Of a stretch of DNA of 64,000 bases, positions 28,194-38,923 are shown in pieces. The position numbers and the translations under genes were made by a program. How positions within the stretch are numbered: position 1 is the stretch's first letter; each line of letters starts with the position of its first letter. The notes beneath the pieces were generated by a model. That model did not search any database, was not told where the DNA came from, and worked only from the letters and a program-made list of their open reading frames with translations. The DNA is from Saprospiraceae bacterium (GTDB lineage: Bacteria > Bacteroidota > Bacteroidia > Chitinophagales > Saprospiraceae). The stretch covers positions 405,197-469,196 of the forward strand of contig JADJOB010000001.1 of the NCBI GenBank assembly GCA_016714025.1. The letters are read 5' to 3'.

Positions 28194-29309
28194 CTATTTC
28201 GTTTGTTTCTGATCTTCTTTAAACTTAATGATAAAAGCATCTTTAAAACCTTGCTGTTTCATTCGTTCCTTTTCCTCGTTTGCATCTTCCTGGCTTATAA
28301 AACTTCCATAAACCAATTTGTATGCACCGTCCTCCTGAAGAATTTCGTAATTAGGATCCGAATACCAAACAGATCCCTGGGCTGGTTTGTTCTTGGCAGC
28401 AGCAAGTTGAATTTTATAAATAACCAAGGACTCCTCTGAAACAGACTTTACAGCTGCTTTGGATTGAATGTCCTGCATAGCAATGCTAGGATAGATCGGG
28501 TTGACTGAGAAATACCGCACAATGCCTCGTGCAATCATTTCGGCGAGTTCCTGTTGGCCTTTGGCTGAGCACAAATACGATACTTCCTCCGGATGGGTCA
28601 TGTAACCGCACTCAATCAAAACCGCGGGCATACTCACTTGATGCAATACGTGAAATCCTGCCTGTTTGACCCCTTTACTATGCCCAGGATGCTCTAAATC
28701 GAACTCGGATTCAATGGATTTTGCCAAAGTGATGCTTTTTTGCAAATGCTGATCCTGGATATGATTGAGTACAATAAAGGACTCCGGTGATTCGAAATCA
28801 ATGCCTTTATAGTGAATATCACTGGCATGTTCTAAAGCAATTGCATTGTTTTCCCTTCTGGCTACTTCCAGGTTCTCCCTGGCCTTATGCAATCCCATCA
28901 CATAAGTTTCTGTTCCCCTGACCTTTGACTGATTTGATGGCACTGCATTGCAATGGACAGAAATAAACAGCTCGGCATCAAGGTCATTCGCAATCCGGGC
29001 GCGTTCATGCAAAGCGACAAAGACATCCGATTCCCGGGTAAAATAGACAGCAGCCTTGGGAAGTTTTTCAGCCAGAATACCCTGCACTTTTTTACAAACA
29101 GCCAGGGTTATTTGCTTTTCAGAGCAATCCTTCCCCTTTGCACCGTCATCCTGCCCCCCGTGTCCGGGATCTAAAACGATGGTCGGTCCACCGTAATATG
29201 ACAAATTTTGAGCCGTGGATATAAATGGACCAAAATAAAGCGTTAAGCTTATTAAATTATAGACAATAAATTGCATTGCAAGGCATGCCCTGTTATCGTA
29301 GTTTTGCAT
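28194..29309 (-). CDS. N-acetylmuramoyl-L-alanine amidase (Amidase_3) with C-terminal SPOR-like domain
   Basis: 'IVLDPGHGGQDDGA' and 'LFISVHCNA' are Amidase_3 zinc-site motifs. The C-terminal 'YKIQLAAAKN...YKLVYGSF' region is SPOR-like. Confidence 0.85.
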   Translation of the reverse strand: MQNYDNRACLAMQFIVYNLISLTLYFGPFISTAQNLSYYGGPTIVLDPGHGGQDDGAKGKDCSEKQITLAVCKKVQGILAEKLPKAAVYFTRESDVFVALHERARIANDLDAELFISVHCNAVPSNQSKVRGTETYVMGLHKARENLEVARRENNAIALEHASDIHYKGIDFESPESFIVLNHIQDQHLQKSITLAKSIESEFDLEHPGHSKGVKQAGFHVLHQVSMPAVLIECGYMTHPEEVSYLCSAKGQQELAEMIARGIVRYFSVNPIYPSIAMQDIQSKAAVKSVSEESLVIYKIQLAAAKNKPAQGSVWYSDPNYEILQEDGAYKLVYGSFISQEDANEEKERMKQQGFKDAFIIKFKEDQKQTK

Positions 29310-29374
29310 TTTGAGTTTTCTTAGTACAAATATACATATTAAATAATTTAATATATATAAATTTATATCTTTTT

Positions 29375-31993
29375 TTGAATAAAGTATTTATTTTTTTTAT
29401 AATATATAGTTTACACTATAATTTACCAGCCCAGATTCTGGACAGTTTGCCCAATCCGGAAAGGCCGTCCACTCGTATTCCCAGATCGGATTCCCTGGTC
29501 ATTCGAAATGGTGCATTGTATCTGGTTTCTCCTGATAGCATCGATGTTCCGGTGGATTATGGGGCAGACGACCGGGTGCGGTTTGACTACAAAGAACGGG
29601 TCATTCATTTATACAAAAATGCATTCATCCATTATAAAACCATGGACATTCGGGCAGATTACATTCGTATTGAATTGAATACGAATCTTGCAATCGCCTT
29701 ACCGCAAACAGATTCTAGTGGAAATTTGACCGGAGTTCCTCAATTTAAAGAAACAGATCAATCTTTTAAAGCTAAAAAAATCACTTACAATTTTAAATCT
29801 AAAAAAGGTTTGATTGAGGAAGTGGTAACCCATGAAGAAGATTTATACATCCATGGCAGTCAAACCAAATTTATCTCCAAACAAAGTAGCGGCAGCCAGG
29901 GGGATGACATCATTTACAATAAACATGCATTAATCACGACCTGCGATGCAGAAAAACCCCATTTTGGCATAGCAAGTACCCGACAAAAAATAATTCCAAA
30001 TAAATTGGTGGTGGTCGGTCCTTCCAATATAGAAATTGAAGGAATACCCACGCCCATCTGGTTACCTTTTGGTTTTTTTCCAATTTCCAGAGACGCACAA
30101 TCCGGGATTTTATTTCCCAAAGAATATCAATACGATGATCGCGGTTTTGGGCTAGCCGGTATCGGGTATTATCTGCCTTTAAATGATCATGTGGATTTGA
30201 AATTTTTAACGGACATCTTTTTTAAAGGTTCATTTAAAATAAATGTCAGTGGAAATTACAAATGGCGTTACCGTTACAATGGCAATTTTTCACTTCAGTT
30301 CGAAAATCGGATTCAGGAAATTTCCGGCGATTATAAAAAGAATATAAACCGTCCCATAAGTCTCCGTTGGAGCCACAATCAGGAAGCCGGTGCACATCCG
30401 TATCAAACCTTTGGTGGTAGCATGAACATCGAAACCAAGGGTTTTAGTAAAACAGTCTATTCGGATACCAGACAGTCCTTACAAAATGTCTTGCGATCAA
30501 ATTTTAACTACGGATATACTTTTCCAAACAGTCCGTTTAGTTTATCTGCTGCAATGAGTCACTCACAGAATTTAATTACCCACGAATTAAATCTGACACT
30601 TCCTGAATTAAACGTACAAATGCGTACCATCAATCCCTTTAAAAATAAAAATCGCATTTCTCAATCTGAAAAATGGTATGACCGGATTAACTTAAGTTAT
30701 GGTGCTCAATTTCAGAATACATTAAACACAACCGATACCAGTATATTTCAAAAGGGCTTTGAAAAAGATTTAGTTTATGGAATAAAACACCGCGCTGATA
30801 TCAATGCAACATTCAAAGTATTAAAATATTTTAATCTTACACCGAGCATCAATTACAATGAAGAATTTTTCTTTCATAAACAAGAAAAAATTTTACTGGA
30901 CACCATATTAAAGGATACTTTAGGGATAGATTCTTTGTTTGGTCTGACCCAAACTAAATATAAATCCGGATTTTATCCATTTCGTACGTTCAGCACCGGC
31001 GCAAGTTTGGGAACTCAGATCTTTGGACAAATCCAATCCTCCAAATCCTGGTTTAGAGGAATAAGACATCAAGTAACTCCTACCATTTCTATGAGTTATG
31101 CTCCAGACTACCATAAAAATCCATTCAATTATTTTAAGCAAGTTGACTCTGACTTACGTGATTCATTTAACCGCAGGTATGAATACTTGATTTATGGAAA
31201 AAGTCCATTTGGAACATCCTCTGTGCCTTCAGAAAATTTTAATATAAATTTCAACATTGGCAATCGGGTTGAACTAAAATACTATTCCAAAAAAGATTCT
31301 ACCGCTAAAAAAATTGCATTGCTGGAAGGTTTCAATTTTTCAGCGAATTACAATGTGTTTGCAGACTCCTTCAAACTTAGCTTGATATCCGGTAGTGGAA
31401 GCAGTCGCATATTTAAGGGATACACTACCTTGTATTATGGAATTACGATGGATCCTTATGGTCGGACCCTATTAAATGGAAATGAAATTCGGAGTCAATC
31501 GTATGCACTCAACTTAAATAAAAAACTTGTGTACCTCACGAGTTCGTTTATTAATATTAACACAAACATCAATATTGGACAGTTAATTGGACTGTTTAAT
31601 AAAGAAATTTTAAATAAAAAAGACAATGGACAAGCAGCCTTGCCTGAACTGTTTTACAATTTTAACATACAGCATATTATTAATTTCAGACATACCCGCT
31701 TAGCTACAGGAAAAGACACCTTTGAACGAACGCTGCATAACATTACTTTAACTGGTAGCATTGCGCTTACCAATAAATGGAGGATCAATATCAACAACAT
31801 CAGTTATAATTTTGATAAAAAAGGAATTCAATATCCAAGTTTTGGACTTGAACGCGATTTACATTGCTGGTTAATGAAATTTGATTGGTCTCCCCAATTT
31901 GGCTATTATTCTTTTACTTTAGGAGTCAAACCAGGATCACTGGAATTTATCCGATTGCCAAGCAATCAATCGTTTTCAGGAGCCCGAAGGTAG
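29375..31993 (+). CDS. lptD: putative LPS-assembly outer-membrane protein (LptD/OstA-like)
   Basis: 872 aa, beta-rich and aromatic-rich. 'ITTCDAEKPHFGI' is typical of Bacteroidota LptD-like proteins. It is divergent from the amidase gene, a common arrangement. The start codon is TTG. Confidence 0.6.
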   Translation: MNKVFIFFIIYSLHYNLPAQILDSLPNPERPSTRIPRSDSLVIRNGALYLVSPDSIDVPVDYGADDRVRFDYKERVIHLYKNAFIHYKTMDIRADYIRIELNTNLAIALPQTDSSGNLTGVPQFKETDQSFKAKKITYNFKSKKGLIEEVVTHEEDLYIHGSQTKFISKQSSGSQGDDIIYNKHALITTCDAEKPHFGIASTRQKIIPNKLVVVGPSNIEIEGIPTPIWLPFGFFPISRDAQSGILFPKEYQYDDRGFGLAGIGYYLPLNDHVDLKFLTDIFFKGSFKINVSGNYKWRYRYNGNFSLQFENRIQEISGDYKKNINRPISLRWSHNQEAGAHPYQTFGGSMNIETKGFSKTVYSDTRQSLQNVLRSNFNYGYTFPNSPFSLSAAMSHSQNLITHELNLTLPELNVQMRTINPFKNKNRISQSEKWYDRINLSYGAQFQNTLNTTDTSIFQKGFEKDLVYGIKHRADINATFKVLKYFNLTPSINYNEEFFFHKQEKILLDTILKDTLGIDSLFGLTQTKYKSGFYPFRTFSTGASLGTQIFGQIQSSKSWFRGIRHQVTPTISMSYAPDYHKNPFNYFKQVDSDLRDSFNRRYEYLIYGKSPFGTSSVPSENFNINFNIGNRVELKYYSKKDSTAKKIALLEGFNFSANYNVFADSFKLSLISGSGSSRIFKGYTTLYYGITMDPYGRTLLNGNEIRSQSYALNLNKKLVYLTSSFININTNINIGQLIGLFNKEILNKKDNGQAALPELFYNFNIQHIINFRHTRLATGKDTFERTLHNITLTGSIALTNKWRININNISYNFDKKGIQYPSFGLERDLHCWLMKFDWSPQFGYYSFTLGVKPGSLEFIRLPSNQSFSGARR

Positions 31994-32009
31994 TTTCAAT
32001 GAATTTCCA

Positions 32010-33509
32010 CTATACGTTTCGTTTGCTTGAAATCAATCTGAGTGCTTTTTCTGAAAATTCTTGAATCAATTGATTTAAATCATAAGATATTTTACTGAAA
32101 TACACCAAACCTAAAAAGACAATTGTTGTGAGTGTAGATTGAATTGCAAGTGACCACAGCGGAGATAGTTCAAGATGGATTTGGGACATCAATTCATAAC
32201 AAAAGCCGATGAGCAACACCAACTTTAGCCAGGATTTCGAAAATGGCTGCATGCCTGTTTTCCAATAGACTACCAGGGTTTTGAGGATGTTATAAATCGC
32301 AACCGACAAAAAGGTTGCCAATGCAGCTCCCTCAATCCCTAACTGTGGAATAAGCCAGAAATTAAATGCGATATTAAGTACAGCCATCAAAACCAATAAA
32401 TACAATTCCAACACATAGTATTTTGAATAGGCTAAAATGTAATGATTAATTCCTGTTGCAGCATCTACAATGCGTGCCAGCAAAAGCCAGGCTAACAATC
32501 GTTCGATTTTTATCAGCTCATCCGGATTAGGCATCAATTGACTTAAATAAATGAATCCTGTGTAAATGCATAATGCGATCCATACCGTTGGAATTAACAT
32601 ATTTACGGATGATTTTGAATACACCGATTTAAGATCATGTTGATTCTTTTCCTTGGAATGTGCCGCAACCATTGCATTCAACCCATCGGTCAATGCTGCA
32701 GCAGGAATAAACGCAACATTGCTGATAAAAACAGCCAGGGTAAACAAACCATTTGCCTTAGCGCCTATAAACGAAGTCACTAAAATCGAATCGATCCTCA
32801 AGGCCAAAATGGCACTGGCTCCACCTAAGATGGAAAACAGTGCAAATCGAACCATCGCATCACGTTGTTGAATACGAAATACAAATTGCTTTAAAGGAAA
32901 TTTAAACTGAGAGGTGCCCGATAGTTTATAATATAAAAATCCAATAGCAAATACATAATAAAGACAAATCAACCAGGTAAATTGAATGTCAGAGATATAA
33001 TCCTTAAAACTCAGTATAAATAAAAATGGCAAAAACAACTTCATCAAAAAAACAAGGAATGCAGGTAAAGCCAGTCGTTTAAAATTGATAAATAGAATTG
33101 AAAACAAATCAAATACAACGTACAAAATCCCTATGGGCAAAATAAATAGTACAAAGGGCACTATATAAGTATCATTTGAACTTAAAATGTCTTGAATCCA
33201 TGGAAACAACATTAAAAACAAACATGCAAATACAAGGATCCCCAGAGTATATGCAGAAAAAATAAAACTAAAAAATCGGGATGAATTTTCTTCTGAATTA
33301 CTAAAATGTGGATAATACCGCAACAAAACCGTACCAAAGCCCAAACTAATAAATGGAACCAACAAAGAAGCCGTATTGGTTAAAAATCCATAAAGACCGT
33401 ACAATCTAAGTTCATTTGGATAAATAAAAATCGTACTGAGTCCTCCTAAAACTGCACCTGCAATCTGTATAATAGAACTGAGAAGGCTTTGTTTGCGAAT
33501 AAACTCCAT
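32010..33509 (-). CDS. polysaccharide/oligosaccharide flippase (MOP superfamily, Wzx-like)
   Basis: 499 aa with about 12-14 TM segments and a polysaccharide-biosynthesis-protein-like pattern. Confidence 0.65.
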   Translation of the reverse strand: MEFIRKQSLLSSIIQIAGAVLGGLSTIFIYPNELRLYGLYGFLTNTASLLVPFISLGFGTVLLRYYPHFSNSEENSSRFFSFIFSAYTLGILVFACLFLMLFPWIQDILSSNDTYIVPFVLFILPIGILYVVFDLFSILFINFKRLALPAFLVFLMKLFLPFLFILSFKDYISDIQFTWLICLYYVFAIGFLYYKLSGTSQFKFPLKQFVFRIQQRDAMVRFALFSILGGASAILALRIDSILVTSFIGAKANGLFTLAVFISNVAFIPAAALTDGLNAMVAAHSKEKNQHDLKSVYSKSSVNMLIPTVWIALCIYTGFIYLSQLMPNPDELIKIERLLAWLLLARIVDAATGINHYILAYSKYYVLELYLLVLMAVLNIAFNFWLIPQLGIEGAALATFLSVAIYNILKTLVVYWKTGMQPFSKSWLKLVLLIGFCYELMSQIHLELSPLWSLAIQSTLTTIVFLGLVYFSKISYDLNQLIQEFSEKALRLISSKRNV

Positions 33510-33610
33510 GAACTCTTAGAAAAATTGTATGATTGAATTAATTAAATTACAAAACCAAGATCAGTTTAGAATGTTTTACATTTACAGCGAAAGTAAGCAA
33601 TCATTTGGAA

Positions 33611-34750
33611 ATGCAGTCCGCCCACAACATCCCATTTCATATCGCCTATCAATCGACGCATGCAGCGAACTATCTGGATGAGGTGCTGAAAATAAATAAT
33701 GCTTCCAGCGATGGAGTTTTTCACCATAAATGCAAAGGCTGGTTTAAACAAAATCAACAAATTTCAAATGTATTTCTGTGCGGCTCATGTACAGATGCAT
33801 TGGAATTTTCAGGATTGCTCGCTGGATTAAATACCGGAGATGAAATTATTCTACCAAGCTTCACCTTTGCCTCCACTGCAAATGCTTTTCTGCTCCGCGG
33901 ATGCACAATTCGCTTTGCAGATACCTCTTCATTAAGACCGAATGTTGAATTAGAGCAAATTCTTCCGCAAGTAACAGCACAAACAAAAGCAATTGTTTTA
34001 ATACATTATGCAGGCATCGCCATCAATATGGATCCAATTCTTGCTTTTGCGAAAGCAAATAACATTTTAGTTATCGAAGATGCAGCACAATGCATCGGCG
34101 CCCGTTATAAAGATCAATATTTAGGAAGTATAGCTCCGCTGGGATGCTTGTCTTTCCACCCTTCCAAAATAATACATTGCGGCGAAGGGGGTGCACTATT
34201 CGTTAATCAGTCAGCCTATTTAACTCAAGCTGAGCTAATATTTGAAAAAGGAACCAACCGAAAAGCTTTTCAAAATCATGAAACCAGTTTTTATGAATGG
34301 CAAACCCTCGGTTCTTCCTATGGCATGTCAGAATTTCAAGCCGCTGTGTTGTTATCTCAATTAGAAGAACTTACCATGGTGCTTAACTACCAAATGAAAC
34401 TTTGGAATCTGTATCAACAAAATCTAAATGAATTACTTGTAAATGGCATGTTGCGTTTACCCGATGTACCCGATTATGCTCACATAAATGGAAGTGAATT
34501 TTACATTGTATTAAATGATGAATCTCAACGGATTCAATTGCAACAAATGCTTGCATCCCAAAACATTCAAACCAGAACCCACTATAGAGCCTTGCACAGA
34601 AGCAGTTTTTATAAAAATAAATTAAATCAAACCTTGATCAACACCGATATTTTTGAAGCTTGCTTACTAAGATTGCCTTTACATTTCTATCTAACAGAAT
34701 CTGATGTGTTGATAGTCTGTGACCGAATTACTCAATTTTTTAAAAAATAA
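33611..34750 (+). CDS. DegT/DnrJ/EryC1/StrS aminotransferase (WecE-like dTDP-4-amino-4,6-dideoxyhexose transaminase)
   Basis: By eye it aligns along its length with E. coli WecE, for example 'LPSFTFASTANAFLLRG', 'VIEDAAQ' and 'SFHPSK' (PLP lysine). The preferred start is MQSAHNIPF (33611); the tracked ORF starts at 33605. Confidence 0.8.
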   Translation: MQSAHNIPFHIAYQSTHAANYLDEVLKINNASSDGVFHHKCKGWFKQNQQISNVFLCGSCTDALEFSGLLAGLNTGDEIILPSFTFASTANAFLLRGCTIRFADTSSLRPNVELEQILPQVTAQTKAIVLIHYAGIAINMDPILAFAKANNILVIEDAAQCIGARYKDQYLGSIAPLGCLSFHPSKIIHCGEGGALFVNQSAYLTQAELIFEKGTNRKAFQNHETSFYEWQTLGSSYGMSEFQAAVLLSQLEELTMVLNYQMKLWNLYQQNLNELLVNGMLRLPDVPDYAHINGSEFYIVLNDESQRIQLQQMLASQNIQTRTHYRALHRSSFYKNKLNQTLINTDIFEACLLRLPLHFYLTESDVLIVCDRITQFFKK

Positions 34751-34761
34751 ATTGTTTTTTG

Positions 34762-36027
34762 CTATCTATTCCAAATGCTCCGAACGATCTGCGTCCGTTG
34801 CTTTTTATAATTTTTATTGGACTTAGTTAAAAAAGGAACTTTTAAGTAGGCCGCAAAATCCATAAACAGTCCAAATGCATACAAAGAAAGTATTAAGAAC
34901 CAATACAACAGGAAGGTTTCAATCCAATTATAATAGGAATGTAACCAAATCACTATGAGTATTGAAAATAAAAAATGAAAAACCATGGTGATTGCCAGAC
35001 GAACCGGTGGATAAAATTCTAAACTCTTGATTTTGCGTTTGGAAAATGACTTAGCAAGTACCAATGGAATCCCAAAAGCTAGTATTCCCGGTAATCCAAT
35101 CAGAAAACAGATAAAACATGCTATGAATTGGATAATTCGTTGTGCGCTATTAAAATAAACAGCTGCATCAAACGAATTAAAATTTACATTTTTGGGCACA
35201 TAAGCATGAATTGCATTATTAATTTCTGTCAATGCATGCGTTGGTTTGCTATTGAGTGCTGCAATAAATTTTGACAATTGTTGATGCGGCGCCTTATGAT
35301 AAAAAACACCTGATCCATTGTAAGGATTTAATTGCTTTTCGATCATTTCAAATGCAAGGTTATAAACCCCCTCCTGATGATGATGCGAAATGGATGGCAC
35401 CACTTCCTGCATTTTTTCTTGAAATAAATTGGTTAATAAACCCAATTTGTCATCTGCCTGCTCATTCAAACGATACCATTCAACAACATCAATCGGTTCA
35501 CCAAATTCCAAATACACATCTTTTCGGCTTTTGGTTGGATTTATATAATAGATTCCGGTCGGCACCACATAAAGTTCATCTACGTTTTTCTCTTCAATCG
35601 TTCCAATCGCCAATCGCGCAGCACCTTTTTGCAAAGGGCGTAAATATTTTACCAATTGCGAACTCGCCTCAGGAAACATGAGTACAACTTCCTGTTGAGC
35701 CAATACTTCAAAACTTTGATCAAACGTGCTTTTGTTGTTGCGCAATTTACCAAAGCCATCTTTAAATCTGTAGATAGGAATTTGGTTGGTGGATCGCAAA
35801 ATTGGCAAGAGCCATTTCTTTTCAAACATGTCACCCCGAACTAAAAAATGCAAATCACGGTGCTGGTTGGATGCTATGATACAAGCTTCTAAAAAAGTAC
35901 TCGGATGGTTTACAAGAAAAATTACGGGTCCCTTTTTGGGTATGCGTTCCCTGCCGAAAATGAACATCCGTCGGAAGTACAATCTGAATGCAAGATGCGC
36001 CCAGACCTTTAGTAATTTATAAAACAT
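34762..36027 (-). CDS. lysophospholipid/glycerol-3-phosphate acyltransferase family protein (PlsC-like) with C-terminal TM region
   Basis: It has the acyltransferase motifs 'VNHPSTFLE' (Hx4[D/E]) and 'MFPEASS', plus TM helices at the C-terminus. Confidence 0.7.
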   Translation of the reverse strand: MFYKLLKVWAHLAFRLYFRRMFIFGRERIPKKGPVIFLVNHPSTFLEACIIASNQHRDLHFLVRGDMFEKKWLLPILRSTNQIPIYRFKDGFGKLRNNKSTFDQSFEVLAQQEVVLMFPEASSQLVKYLRPLQKGAARLAIGTIEEKNVDELYVVPTGIYYINPTKSRKDVYLEFGEPIDVVEWYRLNEQADDKLGLLTNLFQEKMQEVVPSISHHHQEGVYNLAFEMIEKQLNPYNGSGVFYHKAPHQQLSKFIAALNSKPTHALTEINNAIHAYVPKNVNFNSFDAAVYFNSAQRIIQFIACFICFLIGLPGILAFGIPLVLAKSFSKRKIKSLEFYPPVRLAITMVFHFLFSILIVIWLHSYYNWIETFLLYWFLILSLYAFGLFMDFAAYLKVPFLTKSNKNYKKQRTQIVRSIWNR

Positions 36028-36071
36028 ACTGAATGTTCATTAATTGGAATCTGTAAAAATAAACAATTGTT

Positions 36072-36079
36072 TACTTTTG
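36072..36079 (+). promoter_or_regulatory. Bacteroidota -7 promoter box (TAnnTTTG) upstream of miaA
   Basis: 'tacttttg' lies 10 nt upstream of the miaA ATG. Confidence 0.45.
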
Positions 36080-36089
36080 ACGGCAGAAC

Positions 36090-37004
36090 ATGAAGAATAC
36101 TTTACTGGTAATAGATGGTCCAACAGCAGCCGGCAAAACAGACTTAGCATACCATTGGGCTGTCGAACTGAATTGTCCGATTCTCTCTGCTGACAGCCGA
36201 CAACTGTTTTGCGATGTCAATATAGGCACGTGCAAACCATCAAATGAAATGCTTCAATCGGTTAAACACTACTTCATTAATCACATCCCAATTGATGGAA
36301 CTTACAGTGTAGGCCACTACGAACAGGAAGTCCATGTACTCTTGAGTGAATTATTTAAACAACATCCGGTCTTGATTCTGTGTGGTGGAACCGGACTCTA
36401 TATAAAAGCAATCCTAAAAGGGATTGATCAAATTCCTTTATCTTCAACAGAAGTAAAACTTCAAAGTCAAACACTCCTGGATGAAAAGGGCATAGAAGCT
36501 TGTCGCAATATGTTAGCAGAAGTCGATCCCGAATATTACGCAACAGTCGATTTAAACAATTCAAGACGAATATTAAGAGCATTGGAAGTCTATTTTGAAA
36601 GCGGAAAACCATTTTCAAGTTTTTTGAATAAACCAAACATTCCCAAACCCTTTGATATTAAAGAAATTTGTCTGATTCCGGAAAGAAGCCTGCTATATCA
36701 AAGAATTGAACATCGCGTTGATCAAATGATTGAAGCTGGATTGTTTGATGAAGCAAAATCTCTTGAACAATATCGTTCGTGCCAGGCATTAAACACGGTT
36801 GGCTATCGTGAAACGTATGAATATCTCGATGGACGCATTACTAAAGATCGTTGCATCGAACTCATTAAACAAAATTCCCGTAATTATGCAAAGCGGCAAA
36901 TTACCTGGTTTAAAAAGGAACTTAACGGAATTCAAATTAATGCTACAGATCCCTTAACATTAAAGAATATCAGAACACAATTCAGTGAACTATTCCCTCG
37001 GTAG
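36090..37004 (+). CDS. miaA: tRNA dimethylallyltransferase
   Basis: 304 aa with the P-loop 'GPTAAGKT'. The MiaA pattern is seen throughout ('SADSRQ', 'TKDRCIELIKQNSRNYAKRQITWF'). Confidence 0.93.
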   Translation: MKNTLLVIDGPTAAGKTDLAYHWAVELNCPILSADSRQLFCDVNIGTCKPSNEMLQSVKHYFINHIPIDGTYSVGHYEQEVHVLLSELFKQHPVLILCGGTGLYIKAILKGIDQIPLSSTEVKLQSQTLLDEKGIEACRNMLAEVDPEYYATVDLNNSRRILRALEVYFESGKPFSSFLNKPNIPKPFDIKEICLIPERSLLYQRIEHRVDQMIEAGLFDEAKSLEQYRSCQALNTVGYRETYEYLDGRITKDRCIELIKQNSRNYAKRQITWFKKELNGIQINATDPLTLKNIRTQFSELFPR

Positions 37005-37736
37005 AATTTTCAAATTATTATTTACACTCCGTATTCCTGGACGCATCCGCAACATAATGAGCATTTCATAGCGATTTATTTTTGTTTCATCGTATTTAAA
37101 ACTCCATAAATTCATTTCATTGGAAAGTCTCTTTTTTGATTTTAAATCATACAAATAAAATTCATTTTCCAATTGCGTTGCAGTCAATGTGCTATCCATA
37201 TCAACAATAAACTCATCACTGATGATTTCTGGATTTGTCAGATCCGATTTTTTTTGGATTTGAGTCCATTTTTCAGACTTGATCAATGCTGCCATGGTTT
37301 TTGTCAATTCATCCAAAGCATTCGGAAGGTTTGAATTGCTTTTAATAAATTTATTCTTTGCTCCATTTTCATCAAAGTAAGTAAGTTCCGTAAGCGGTAG
37401 ATCCGGAATGTTTATTAAATATTCTGCCTGATAACTTTCCCAGTTTAATGCATCACTCATTCTTTTGAAACTTCTGATTTTATCTTGGCTCAACTGACTA
37501 AAATAAACACCGGTTTTTTCTAAATGCTCCTTCCCCTCCAGTATCACTAATCCATTGCGATACATACTCAATTTATAAACATGGCAATGTCCGAAACATG
37601 GATATTTTTGAAGGGTAAGCCAATGTTTCAATTCAACATGCTTAGGCTTTGCCGCATCTTTTGCACTTTTACAGGCATTTAAGCTAAATAAAGCAATTAA
37701 AAAATACAGAACATATTTAATTCCCTTCCAATTCAT
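36990..37736 (-). CDS. hypothetical lipoprotein
   Basis: The preferred start, MNWKGIKYVLYFLIALFSLNAC (a lipobox), lies directly after the stop of the upstream gene. No enzymatic motif recognised. Confidence 0.6.
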   Translation of the reverse strand: MNWKGIKYVLYFLIALFSLNACKSAKDAAKPKHVELKHWLTLQKYPCFGHCHVYKLSMYRNGLVILEGKEHLEKTGVYFSQLSQDKIRSFKRMSDALNWESYQAEYLINIPDLPLTELTYFDENGAKNKFIKSNSNLPNALDELTKTMAALIKSEKWTQIQKKSDLTNPEIISDEFIVDMDSTLTATQLENEFYLYDLKSKKRLSNEMNLWSFKYDETKINRYEMLIMLRMRPGIRSVNNNLKILPRE

Positions 37737-38914
37737 CTTACTAATATTAATTTGTAACATAGTTTCTCTTCCTTATTTGACACTAACAAAAAATATACAC
37801 CAGGGTTTACACCCAAAATTTCCGCGGACAAGCTAATGCTTAATGCCGCTTTTACCTGTTGCTTCCAACGAAGTCGGCCATTCATATCATACAACTCAAG
37901 ATTGCTGTCAAAAAGTTTGTGATTTTTAGTCAGCAATTGCCAATCCATTTGATCTTGCCGTATAAAAATTTGCTCTAAACCGGATTGTGAACCAATAGCA
38001 CAATTCATATTACCAATTTCCGGGCGATATAATTGAATTTGTTCGTTCATTCTGTTTACTTGTCCTTTTGTAAACATATGCATGCAGGCATCATCCACTA
38101 AACTCATAAAGTTCATGTATTGACTCGATTGTCCGCAGCGTATTTGTGGAAACCCAGGGCATCCATAATATTCAAGATCCTGTACGGGGGTATCTGAAAC
38201 ACCATCGTCTCCTGTACATTCCGATTTATCCCCGGAAAGGTGTAACAAACCAAAATAATGACCCATTTCGTGCACCAAGGTTTTCCCTTGATGAAAAGGT
38301 TTGTTTCCATAGGCACTGCCAATTGCTCCAACGCTCCGATAATCAATGAAAATTCCATCCTCATCAAGCGTTGCATCCCAGGGATAGATGGCTTCACCCA
38401 ATACAGGACATTGGTTTCTATTGATCACAAAAATATTGATATAGGTTTTGGGATCCCAAACGTCAACACCACCCAAATTTTTATGCATCAAATTGCGCTT
38501 TCCAAATTCTGATTTACAGGCAATAGACAAATCATTGATTGCAATCCATTCGATTCCAATTGTCTGCTCTCCCGCCGGAGTGGTGTCTGCCAGGCAAAAT
38601 TGGATGTTTGGATTAGCTTTTAAAGATCTGAATGGTTCCGGAATGTTAAAATCCTCTGAATTCACGGCTTCATGGAAATACCGATTCAATACTTCCATCT
38701 GCGAATAGATTTGAAGGCTGCTTAGCTTTTCTTCAGGAGTTGAATAAAACACATGAAAAACTAATCTGCATTGCAAGGCTTCCCTGAATTGAAACTTATA
38801 TATTTGATCTGAATTGTTTGCAGGTTCATAAATGGAACTGTATGCCTTACACCGCTGGCAATCCACTGCTTGACTGTAAACGAGTAATAAAAATATCCAG
38901 ACCCACCTGCTCAT
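37733..38914 (-). CDS. M43-family (pappalysin-like) zinc metalloprotease with T9SS C-terminal domain
   Basis: It has the metzincin motif 'HEMGHYFGLLH', a signal peptide and a C-terminal beta-sandwich tail ('LELYDMNGR...VYFLLVS...YKLILV'). Confidence 0.8.
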   Translation of the reverse strand: MSRWVWIFLLLVYSQAVDCQRCKAYSSIYEPANNSDQIYKFQFREALQCRLVFHVFYSTPEEKLSSLQIYSQMEVLNRYFHEAVNSEDFNIPEPFRSLKANPNIQFCLADTTPAGEQTIGIEWIAINDLSIACKSEFGKRNLMHKNLGGVDVWDPKTYINIFVINRNQCPVLGEAIYPWDATLDEDGIFIDYRSVGAIGSAYGNKPFHQGKTLVHEMGHYFGLLHLSGDKSECTGDDGVSDTPVQDLEYYGCPGFPQIRCGQSSQYMNFMSLVDDACMHMFTKGQVNRMNEQIQLYRPEIGNMNCAIGSQSGLEQIFIRQDQMDWQLLTKNHKLFDSNLELYDMNGRLRWKQQVKAALSISLSAEILGVNPGVYFLLVSNKEEKLCYKLILVR

Positions 38915-38923
38915 CTCTGTGTT

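Noticed and set aside
28146-28439. 97-aa plus-strand ORF overlapping the 3' end of the amidase gene
   Set aside because: It is antisense to the SPOR-like domain coding region and has a low-complexity F/L/I-rich translation. It is likely spurious.
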